Virus genome (UHGV): UHGV-2002320
Source of the DNA: a virus
DNA: 13,111 nt
Reading direction: 5' to 3' (one strand)
In this document: positions 6,213-13,111 of the stretch, one piece after another
How the letters are laid out: each line of letters begins with the position of its first letter
Numbering within the stretch: position 1 is the first letter of the stretch
Position numbers and translations under genes: made by a program
The notes under the pieces: model-generated
Told to the model about the DNA's origin: nothing
Seen by the model: the letters and a program-made list of their open reading frames with translations, nothing else
The model's database searches: none

Positions 6213-8885
6213 TTAACCCGGCACCTCGCTGTTGAAGACATAGAGCCTGCGGGGATTCATCTCTGGCGGGCGAATGGTTGTCTGGAGTTTGCCATCAGTG
6301 GAGGGCAGCAGGTATCCACGATCTGCGCACAGACGCGCCACCTTGCGCGGGTCAAATCCCCTGCAGATTTCTTTCCAGCCGGACGGCATGACATAGAACG
6401 TAGTGACAGCTTCCGTGCCCTGCGCGGTACTGCCTTTCTCCACCCTGCGCCAGCCCACCATATTGCCGGGGCGGTTGCGCTCGTCATACCAGTCTGCAAA
6501 GCGGCTGTACTGATTCGCGGTGAAGAAACTGCGAACCTGCTCCAGTGCGGCGATATCTTCCTGATTGGCGGTGTGCCCGCGATCTTTCAGCCATGCGTTC
6601 AGGCAGACGCGGGTTGCCCGCAGTGCTTCACCCTCAGGCCAGCCGGTGATACCCAGACGGGTTGCCAGTTCACCTGCCATCGCCACCAGAGCAAAGCGGT
6701 TCACAGCCCGGCCCACCTGATTGCCTGCATCTTTCGGAGTCAGGGCGGCAGCATATTCCTTCATCAGCGATTTTGCCTGTGCCGTTAGTCCGTTAAGATC
6801 AGCGGTCAGTGCTTTCAGCCACTCCCGGAACGGCGAACCGTAGTAGCAGGACGTGGCCCATTCAAGATGCTCTGCCAGAGCCTTGCCGCTGTCGAAGCCG
6901 TGCAGCTCCTCAAAAACGCCAAACTTCCCGGAATCGCTGGGGATCTGGATCATCCTGACTTCCATCCCGGCAAAAGTACGCTCACCGGCCTTTGCCGCAT
7001 GTTCGGTCAGAGACAACTCGCCAGTTGAAAAGAACAACAGGCGCCACTGCTTACGGGTACGCAGCTCACCGTCCGTACCGGCACGGCCCTTGCCCTGACC
7101 GTTTGCCAGCATGTAGGCGATATTGCCTGCCTCGCGTCCGTCAACTTCCCGGATCTCATCAAGCATCATGGCGGCATCGTTGCGGCGGCTGGCGCATCCC
7201 TCCAGCGCGTTGCCGGTGGCCCGCCATGTCTGCCAGTAGTCAGGCCCGCCGCAGACGGAGGTTGCCGCTTTCATGGTGGTGGTCTTACCGTCTGTCGATT
7301 CCCCTTTGAGGTGGTAGCCGCCGCCGTCCATACCAACCAGCCGTAACAGTGGTGCAGCAAAGGCCAGGCTGACAGCAAATGCCACGCGGGAGTTGCCGGT
7401 ACAGTAGCGGGATACATGCTCCCGCCATTCCTCTGATGTGCCCGACACGCGGAAATCACGCCCCTGCACGGAAGTGGTCTGGAGAATGACACCCTCTGCA
7501 CCTTCACCGCTGACCTCATCCTGCAGGACGTAAACCTGACCATGCCAGCCAGTACGACTGACGCAGGTCACGCGGCGTTCCGGTTTACACAGTGAGATAT
7601 ATTCCATCAGGCGTGCGCGTGCCTCACCGGTGGTGCTGATATAAGACAGCCCGTTAACCAGCAGTACCCGGCGCAGTTCCTCACCACTGCCGCTCAGCAT
7701 TTCCATCGGCATCGCCCAGCGGCGACACTCACCCCACGTATCTTCCCATTCCAGCAGTCGTCCGAAGTTACCGCCATCGGCATCGCAGGTGATTGCCGTC
7801 ACGCGCAGCGGGCTGCATATTTTGACGTTCTGGATCTCCGTCTCACCGTTGCGCTGTACCTGCTTTTCATACCAGAGATATTCCTGGGTAAGACGGAACC
7901 CGTGCGGCAGTTGCGTGCGGCCTTCCCCGCACAGTACCAGACCGTTGCGAAAGGCTTCACGGGCACGGGTAATACCGTGCTCCCGATGAAAGTCATTCCA
8001 GTCAGCCTTAATCTCTCCTGGTGGCAGCGTCATCCAGCCGCCAACAGCTTTTGCCGCCCGTTCAGCAAAGGCTCTGCCGGGATTCTCACCTCCGTCCTGA
8101 AAATCGTTATCACCGGCGATGATAATTTTTACCTCAGGCCAGCGTGCCCGCAGCGACTGCGCTACATTGGGCAGGTTGCCCGCAGATATGGCAGCCACTA
8201 CGCATCCGGCAGTGAGCTGACTTACCGTCAGCGCCGTAGCGTAACCTTCGGTAATCACCACCTGTACCGGTGGTTCAGACGGTAACGGGCTGAGCGACAC
8301 AAACGCGCCTTTCATCGTGCTGCCGGGCAGTATGCTTTTTTCACCCGTCGGGGCGATAAGCTGTGCACCAGTCACGGCTCCGGTGTTGGTCGTGAGTGGT
8401 AACAGCAGGGAACCGGCAGGAAAATCCTTACCGCTGATATGCTGCACGCTTCCGGTCAGAGAGGCCGGGTATCCGGCGAACCCTTTTCCTGTCAGATAGG
8501 CGCTTTCTCCCGTGTGGCTCTCTTTCATCAGCGCCGCCACGGTAAGACCCATGTCGCGTTTAGGGGCTTTTTGTCTGGCAGGCTTAACAGGCAGTTCCTG
8601 CACATCCGGCACATTAAGCACCTGCGCCACCTCCTGCGCAGCCTTTCTGACGCTGTAACCGGTTACGAGCTTAACCAGATCCAGACCGTCACCATTGCCA
8701 CACTGGCTGCAGATCCACGTCCCGCGCCCGTCAAGGTCATCAAGGCGAAAACGATCCTTGCCCCCACATTTCGGGCAGGGACCGTGCCTGCCGTTTTCAG
8801 GTACATCAATACGCAGCATCTGGAGAATAACGGGCCATTTCCCCCGTGCGGCGGCTGAAATCTGCGTAACCGTTTGTATTGTCAT
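6213..8885 (-). CDS. P4 alpha-like primase/helicase, 890 aa (zinc ribbon + TOPRIM + P-loop NTPase)
   Basis: N-terminal zinc ribbon CPKCGG..RFR...CSQCG, TOPRIM-like core (VVITEGYATALT ... IIIAGDNDF), downstream P-loop GESTDGKTTT. Translationally coupled to the upstream gene (ATGA overlap at 8882..8885). GC-rich. Confidence 0.9.
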   Translation of the reverse strand: MTIQTVTQISAAARGKWPVILQMLRIDVPENGRHGPCPKCGGKDRFRLDDLDGRGTWICSQCGNGDGLDLVKLVTGYSVRKAAQEVAQVLNVPDVQELPVKPARQKAPKRDMGLTVAALMKESHTGESAYLTGKGFAGYPASLTGSVQHISGKDFPAGSLLLPLTTNTGAVTGAQLIAPTGEKSILPGSTMKGAFVSLSPLPSEPPVQVVITEGYATALTVSQLTAGCVVAAISAGNLPNVAQSLRARWPEVKIIIAGDNDFQDGGENPGRAFAERAAKAVGGWMTLPPGEIKADWNDFHREHGITRAREAFRNGLVLCGEGRTQLPHGFRLTQEYLWYEKQVQRNGETEIQNVKICSPLRVTAITCDADGGNFGRLLEWEDTWGECRRWAMPMEMLSGSGEELRRVLLVNGLSYISTTGEARARLMEYISLCKPERRVTCVSRTGWHGQVYVLQDEVSGEGAEGVILQTTSVQGRDFRVSGTSEEWREHVSRYCTGNSRVAFAVSLAFAAPLLRLVGMDGGGYHLKGESTDGKTTTMKAATSVCGGPDYWQTWRATGNALEGCASRRNDAAMMLDEIREVDGREAGNIAYMLANGQGKGRAGTDGELRTRKQWRLLFFSTGELSLTEHAAKAGERTFAGMEVRMIQIPSDSGKFGVFEELHGFDSGKALAEHLEWATSCYYGSPFREWLKALTADLNGLTAQAKSLMKEYAAALTPKDAGNQVGRAVNRFALVAMAGELATRLGITGWPEGEALRATRVCLNAWLKDRGHTANQEDIAALEQVRSFFTANQYSRFADWYDERNRPGNMVGWRRVEKGSTAQGTEAVTTFYVMPSGWKEICRGFDPRKVARLCADRGYLLPSTDGKLQTTIRPPEMNPRRLYVFNSEVPG

Positions 8886-9265
8886 ACTTCCCCCTGATAC
8901 AACGTCACACCGGTACTGCAGAAGTCATCAAAGGCCGCCGGAAGCGTGCGGTACATCTCCGCCATCACTTCACAGCCGCGCGCGGTCAGTACCGGCGGCG
9001 CGGTCAGCAGTGACGGCTCCAGCATGTCAGTCAGCAGTGCCAGCGCGGCAGCGGCGCCCTGTGCTTCGCCGTACTCGTTAATCAGTACGCACTCGATATG
9101 CAGCGCAATGGCCATTTCAATACGCTCCACCGTCAGGCTGTGCGGACCATACTGATCACTGCCAGTTTCGTTCAGCATTTTCTGCCGCCATGCTGAAGCA
9201 ATAGCCCGCCGGTAAAGCGCGGTGGTCATTTCTGCCGGGAAAATGGAAACCTGCGGCTGGTTCAT
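8882..9265 (-). CDS. Hypothetical protein, 127 aa, in the replication operon upstream of the primase
   Basis: ORF with ATGA overlaps at both ends (9262..9265 and 8882..8885), indicating operon membership. No motif recognised. Confidence 0.6.
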   Translation of the reverse strand: MNQPQVSIFPAEMTTALYRRAIASAWRQKMLNETGSDQYGPHSLTVERIEMAIALHIECVLINEYGEAQGAAAALALLTDMLEPSLLTAPPVLTARGCEVMAEMYRTLPAAFDDFCSTGVTLYQGEV

Positions 9266-9546
9266 CTGGCACCTCCTTCAATCAGTGCGCAGCTGTGTGC
9301 AATATCCGTCAAATCTGCCAGCAGGTACTCCATCAGCGCGGCGACACCATGCGCACAGCCAGTGTCCAGTGCTCCGGCCTGAGACGGGTATTCAGAAAAG
9401 AGAAGCTGGAGCATGTCGCAGGCATTTCTTGCGCGGGTCAGCTTTCCGAAACTGTCCTCTGACAACCCATAGGCAAAAACACCGGTATTGTGTTTTTCAG
9501 GCAAAGTGTGGCCCTGAGCACCGTTGTGCCCGTTTGAAATATTCAT
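9262..9546 (-). CDS. Hypothetical protein, 94 aa
   Basis: ORF with a GGAG ribosome-binding site upstream and a 4-bp overlap with the next gene. No motif recognised. It occupies the position where P4 carries small genes such as epsilon, but no homology is claimed. Confidence 0.55.
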   Translation of the reverse strand: MNISNGHNGAQGHTLPEKHNTGVFAYGLSEDSFGKLTRARNACDMLQLLFSEYPSQAGALDTGCAHGVAALMEYLLADLTDIAHSCALIEGGAR

Positions 9547-9577
9547 CGTGGATTACTCCGTTTTCAGCGGTATTGTG

Positions 9578-9937
9578 TCAGAGAAACTTTGAATAGTGAC
9601 CGTCATCAGGCTCAGCAGAACGCCATATGCTACGCTCCCGCCAGCGGATAAATAGCACAGACGGATGCAGTGTCAGCGGGCCGGAACCACTACCGCCTGC
9701 AGGAGCTGGTGCAGGCTTAAAGAGCGGTACATCAAACAGGCGCGTATATCGCTGTTCAAACCATGCCAGAGGGCAGGAAGAAAGCTGGTTGTCGCTGTCA
9801 TGACGTATCAGCACTTCACAGCTGAATTCAGGATTAACCAGCGCCACAGAGGGCGAGGCTTCTATTAATCGGATAATCGTGACCGTCCAGCCACGTTCAT
9901 GCTGCCAGCGTTCGCCGGGATGCGGATAATTACGCAT
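9578..9937 (-). CDS. Hypothetical protein, 119 aa (start moved to the internal ATG; the ORF track gives 9578..9967)
   Basis: GGAGG lies 5 nt upstream of the ATG at 9935..9937 (MRNYPHPG...). This start overlaps the stop of a small upstream ORF by 8 nt. The longer track start at 9967 has no comparable ribosome-binding site. Confidence 0.5.
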   Translation of the reverse strand: MRNYPHPGERWQHERGWTVTIIRLIEASPSVALVNPEFSCEVLIRHDSDNQLSSCPLAWFEQRYTRLFDVPLFKPAPAPAGGSGSGPLTLHPSVLFIRWRERSIWRSAEPDDGHYSKFL

Positions 9938-10106
9938 GTTCACCTCCGCAGGGAATGCGCCCGGCAAAGCTCAGTACATAGTCCGGGGCAAGTCTGCGCC
10001 GCGCTGACCGCTCGTTATCTGCGGTGATCCTTAACATCACAGGACGGGCATTGCGTTGACTGCGGTTGATCGCCGCAAATAACCAGGTACACTTCTGTTT
10101 AGCCAT
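9930..10106 (-). CDS. Small hypothetical protein, 58 aa, below the ORF-track length cutoff; first gene of the replication operon
   Basis: ATG at 10104..10106 preceded by AAGAGG with an 8-nt spacer; translation MAKQKCTWLFAAINRSQRNARPVMLRITADNERSARRRLAPDYVLSFAGRIPCGGEHA; TAA at 9930..9932 overlaps the next start. Found by manual translation only. Confidence 0.3.
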   Translation of the reverse strand: MAKQKCTWLFAAINRSQRNARPVMLRITADNERSARRRLAPDYVLSFAGRIPCGGEHA

Positions 10107-10198
10107 CTTCGTTACCTCTTATAACGGTTGGTTAAATGCCCGATTTGTGTTCCCGCACAATCGGGCATTGCTTTTACAAGCGAACTATACTTACAATG

Positions 10199-10238
10199 GT
10201 AATTACCATGTAGTCATCATATTCTAGGGTAATTACCA
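10199..10238. promoter_or_regulatory. Two copies of the self-complementary 10-mer GGTAATTACC spaced 30 bp apart; candidate operators in a divergent promoter region
   Basis: GGTAATTACC at 10199..10208 and 10229..10238, each embedded in the longer direct repeat GGTAATTACCATGT. The second copy overlaps the start codon of the ribbon-helix-helix-like gene. Confidence 0.4.
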
Positions 10239-10411
10239 TGTCAACACCACAAGAGAAACGTTCTCCACCATTCCAAATGCGTCTTACCGACGATTTTAGG
10301 TTGCAACTCGAAAACGAAATGCGCAAAGATGGAGATAGCGCGTTGGCAACTTGGATTAAAAGAATTTTACGCAAAGAACTCCAATCACGCGGGATTGACC
10401 CTAAAGGCTAA
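10238..10411 (+). CDS. Arc/MetJ-type ribbon-helix-helix DNA-binding protein, 57 aa, below the ORF-track cutoff; candidate repressor
   Basis: Manual translation MSTPQEKRSPPFQMRLTDDFRLQLENEMRKDGDSALATWIKRILRKELQSRGIDPKG. The segment FQMRL..DFRLQLENEMRKDGDSALATWIKRIL aligns by eye with the Arc repressor strand-helix-helix (FNLRWPREVLDLVRKVAEENGRSVNSEIYQRV). The only + strand gene in the element. Confidence 0.5.
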   Translation: MSTPQEKRSPPFQMRLTDDFRLQLENEMRKDGDSALATWIKRILRKELQSRGIDPKG

Positions 10412-10443
10412 TCAGTTAAATATTACTAACTATCAATTAAGGC

Positions 10444-10734
10444 TTAGGGAGTAGATGATAATCTATTCCCTTTATTAATTGCTCTTGCCTTATTTCTCAT
10501 CCCCTCAAACTGTTGACCTGAGTTTTCTTCAAACCCATCTCGCCACTTATAATAATCAGCAGCGCGCCATCGTGACATCCGACCTATTTTTATAGGTTTT
10601 GGAAAGCGATTCAGAGAAATCAATCGATAAATCCATTTATCACTTAATAAACAATCGGAAGTAATAAACTTCATATCGATCAGAGAATCCATTGAAGGTC
10701 GTTGCAAAGTAGTATTATCATGTTTAGATAACAT
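10444..10734 (-). CDS. alpA: AlpA-family phage transcriptional regulator (helix-turn-helix), up to 96 aa; true start may be an internal Met
   Basis: The segment SDKWIYRLISLNRFPKPIKIGRMSRWRAADYYKW matches the AlpA signature (..IYRLI..G.FPKP.K.G.R...W...). AT-rich. Confidence 0.7.
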   Translation of the reverse strand: MLSKHDNTTLQRPSMDSLIDMKFITSDCLLSDKWIYRLISLNRFPKPIKIGRMSRWRAADYYKWRDGFEENSGQQFEGMRNKARAINKGNRLSSTP

Positions 10735-10859
10735 TCATCATTCTCCGTTTATCTAAGTCTATTGGCTTCAACACGGAAAATTAAAACATAGGTTATAAAT
10801 GAGAAAAATGTGACTAATGAAAAAAATTCAAAATCATTAGCCACAACAATTGTTAATAT

Positions 10860-11684
10860 TTAGTTAAACTTAATGTTTTTCATGCAACTACGTAGCAAAC
10901 TAACAACAGTATCATAGCTCAAAGGCGGTTCTCCGGTCTTAGGCCAGAACTCACTGGCATGTTGAAAAAGATAATCAGCTATCGCTGCTGGACTCTCTCT
11001 TCTTAGCCTCATATCACGATGATAGAGCGAAATAATAGCCATGAGTATTTCAGCTCGAGGAACAGCATGTTTTTGTTTTTGCGCCTCAGATTGTGATTTA
11101 TATTTATTGGCGTTTTTTATCCGCTTTTGTTCGCATAAGACTATATCAATGAATTTTTGAATCTGTACCTTTGTAATCCACAAAACCTCAAAAAGATAAT
11201 AATTTTCTTTTTCATCATAATTTACATAAAGAATTACCTTACAATTTATATTAGGCGTACCCGCCAGTAGAAAATGAATAGGCCAGGAATCCGGTTGCCC
11301 CTCATGCTTAACTAACAGATCTTTATATTCATAATCAACAGCCCATAAACCGGATATGAAGCATCGAATAAAACCATTTTTATCAATTAAATTATCTTCA
11401 TCAGGGATTCTTATAGAACTTAAGTCTGACAACATAATATTGCCATTTCTATCTCGTGGTAAATATTTCAGATTAGATAAGAACTCATCCATTTGACCAT
11501 CAATCTTCAAACCACATGAAACATCATACTCATCATCATGGAATTCCATGCATAGCTCTACATCTCGTTCTCTGGCAAACCAGAGTATATCCTTTTCACT
11601 ACAACCAATTTTTTCTGAAGCTTCATCCAACTGGTAGTAATCTCTGAGCAGAGAATCAGTATTATTAATTTTTAAAATATTCAT
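10860..11684 (-). CDS. Hypothetical protein, 274 aa, AT-rich orphan cargo gene directly downstream of the integrase
   Basis: Long ORF whose ATG overlaps the integrase stop (ATGA at 11681..11684). Composition is strongly AT-biased compared with the element core. No catalytic or binding motif recognised. Confidence 0.7.
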   Translation of the reverse strand: MNILKINNTDSLLRDYYQLDEASEKIGCSEKDILWFARERDVELCMEFHDDEYDVSCGLKIDGQMDEFLSNLKYLPRDRNGNIMLSDLSSIRIPDEDNLIDKNGFIRCFISGLWAVDYEYKDLLVKHEGQPDSWPIHFLLAGTPNINCKVILYVNYDEKENYYLFEVLWITKVQIQKFIDIVLCEQKRIKNANKYKSQSEAQKQKHAVPRAEILMAIISLYHRDMRLRRESPAAIADYLFQHASEFWPKTGEPPLSYDTVVSLLRSCMKNIKFN

Positions 11685-12868
11685 TTATGAGTACCAATTT
11701 GCTCAGATAAATAATTAGCATACCATTGCATCATTTCTCTTCTCCCTTCGAGATATTGGGCATGGTTATAAATTCCACGAATAGAGTTTTTGTCCGAATG
11801 AGCAAGCTGGGTTTCAATCCAAGCGCTGTTAAATCCTTTCTCATGTAGGATTGTACTCATCGTATGCCTGAAACCATGCCCCGTAACACGCCCTGCATAT
11901 CCAATACGTTTAAACACCTGATTAATGCTTGCTTCACTCATAAATTTGCTGGGATCGTTGCGTCCAGGGAACATCAGCGGGTAGTTCCCAGTTAGTTCTT
12001 TCAAACTTTTGAGATGGGATAATGCTTGTTTTGACAACGGGACAATATGGCTCCTACGCATTTTCATACGTTCTTTTGGGATCTCCCACACCGCATTATC
12101 AAAATCCACCTCTCGCCACTCACCTGCTCGTAGTTCTCCAGTTCGTAGACCTGTCAGGATAAGTAAATGCGCCCCCAACAATACAATTGGACTTCCTGAA
12201 TAAGAATTAAGGGCATTAAAGAACTCCGGTAGTTCGTTGGCTTTGAGGAATGGATAGTGGACTGCTTCATGTCCTTGCATCGCACTGGCAAGATCCGGTG
12301 CCGGATTGTAGATTGCCCTACCCGTTACGATGGCATAGCGAAAAACTTCACCGCATCGCTGACGGACTTTCTTCGCTTTCTCCATAGCGCCTCGAGCTTC
12401 TATCAACCTCAGAACTTCAAGCAGTTCAAGGGGCTGAATATCAGCTATAGGTCTGTGCCCAATATGCGGGAAAATGTCTTTCTCGAATGCCTCAATGATG
12501 TCGGAAGCATAGCCCTCAGACCATTTGGGTGATTTCATTTTGTGCCACTCTAACGCCACTTCTCTGAATGGGTTAAGTGTCTCACTCGCTGCATTTAAAG
12601 CCTGCTTTTTGGCTTTTTTGACTTCGCCGGGATCTTCACCTGCTGCGAGTAGTTTCTTCGCGTCTTCTCGTTTTTGTCTGGCATCAGCAAGTGTGACTGT
12701 TGGATAAACACCAAAGGACAATCGTTTCTCTTTACCAGCAAAACGGTATTTCATACGCCAGTAACGCGAGCCATTAGGTTCGACCTGAAGGTATAGGCCA
12801 CCTCCATCAAACAGCTTGTAGCTCTTCTCTTTTCCTTTCGCAGCTTCAACCTTGCGGGCATTCAGCAT
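11681..12868 (-). CDS. int: P4-type tyrosine integrase (about 395 aa from the likely ATG; the ORF track extends to a TTG at 12940)
   Basis: N-terminal region (M)LNARKVEAAKGKEKSYKLFDGGGLYLQVEPNGSRYWRMKYRFAGKEKRLSFGVYP is the hallmark of P4-family integrases. C-terminal catalytic region contains HGFRHT and the LAHSD...YNH segment. Lies next to the tRNA 3' end in the same orientation. Confidence 0.9.
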   Translation of the reverse strand: MLNARKVEAAKGKEKSYKLFDGGGLYLQVEPNGSRYWRMKYRFAGKEKRLSFGVYPTVTLADARQKREDAKKLLAAGEDPGEVKKAKKQALNAASETLNPFREVALEWHKMKSPKWSEGYASDIIEAFEKDIFPHIGHRPIADIQPLELLEVLRLIEARGAMEKAKKVRQRCGEVFRYAIVTGRAIYNPAPDLASAMQGHEAVHYPFLKANELPEFFNALNSYSGSPIVLLGAHLLILTGLRTGELRAGEWREVDFDNAVWEIPKERMKMRRSHIVPLSKQALSHLKSLKELTGNYPLMFPGRNDPSKFMSEASINQVFKRIGYAGRVTGHGFRHTMSTILHEKGFNSAWIETQLAHSDKNSIRGIYNHAQYLEGRREMMQWYANYLSEQIGTHK

Positions 12869-13035
12869 CATTGGGGGCACATTTCCTAGACCGAACAGAA
12901 CATGCCCCTGATTGTGCCCCCAACCGCGTGTTGATTTCAAGAGACAAGGGTTGACCTCAAACGTATGAAAACAACGTAATATATATGTTTTTAAATGATT
13001 TTGTTGATGTGGGTTGACTTGGGAAAACTAGGTGA

Positions 13036-13111
13036 TGGTGCCGATAATAGGAGTCGAACCTACGACCTTCGCATTACGAATGCGCTGCTCTACCAACTGA
13101 GCTATATCGGC
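13036..13111 (-). tRNA. thrW: tRNA-Thr, anticodon CGT, 76 nt with encoded CCA
   Basis: The reverse complement of 13036..13111 folds by eye into a cloverleaf: acceptor GCCGATA, D-arm GCTC/GAGC, anticodon loop TTCGTAA, T-arm GGTTCGA, 3' CCA. From memory it matches the enterobacterial thrW tRNA, a known integration site. Its last 18 nt are duplicated at 211..228. Confidence 0.9.

Larger units (their letters stand above)
210..13053. mobile_element. P4-like phage satellite / integrative element (about 12.8 kb) inserted at the 3' end of tRNA-Thr
   Basis: Bounded by a perfect 19-bp direct repeat (210..228 = 13035..13053). Gene content matches P4-like satellites: P4-type integrase next to the tRNA, AlpA-like regulator, alpha-like primase/helicase, Psu-like and Ogr/Delta-like genes, iterons. 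Size is close to P4 (about 11.6 kb). Confidence 0.8.

Noticed and set aside
5884-6216. 110-aa + strand ORF covering the iteron cluster
   Set aside because: Its repetitive peptide pattern comes from translating the GGTGGAACA repeats; the region is better explained as a non-coding iteron array.
6257-9155. Many 60-140 aa + strand ORFs (and one short minus-strand ORF) lying inside the primase gene and the upstream replication-operon genes
   Set aside because: They overlap the long, motif-rich primase frame and its operon partners in a GC-rich region where stop codons are rare. They have no ribosome-binding sites or motifs and their translations are Arg/Pro/Ser-rich, typical of wrong-frame GC-rich sequence.
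10174-10374. 66-aa minus-strand ORF overlapping the proposed ribbon-helix-helix gene
   Set aside because: No recognisable motif and an odd composition, whereas the + strand frame gives a clean Arc-like pattern and sits behind palindromic operators. The minus-strand ORF is kept as the less likely alternative.
11681-12940. Integrase start at 12940 as given by the ORF track
   Set aside because: The codon at 12938..12940 is TTG and the extra 24 residues have no counterpart in P4-family integrases. The ATG at 12866..12868 gives the canonical N-terminus, so the shorter gene is preferred.

Overview
The window appears to hold one complete P4-like phage satellite (about 12.8 kb) integrated at a tRNA-Thr(CGU) gene and bounded by a perfect 19-bp direct repeat (210..228 and 13035..13053). 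All genes inside the element are on the minus strand except one small repressor-like gene. Reading from the tRNA end: P4-type tyrosine integrase, an AT-rich 274-aa orphan gene overlapping the integrase stop, an AlpA-like regulator, a divergent switch region with an Arc-like ribbon-helix-helix gene, a replication operon ending in a P4 alpha-like primase/helicase, an iteron cluster, and a late operon (Sid-like, Psu-like, Ogr/Delta-like). The far end of the element, where P4-like satellites carry variable cargo, holds an AT-rich two-gene operon: a classic AAA ATPase followed by a large subtilisin-like (S8) serine protease with a complete catalytic triad. This pair is the strongest candidate for an anti-phage defence system here. 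Its gene content resembles the reported ietAS pair, but I cannot confirm homology from sequence alone, so it may be a divergent or distinct system. All protein-family calls come from motifs read by eye in the supplied translations; no database search was run.
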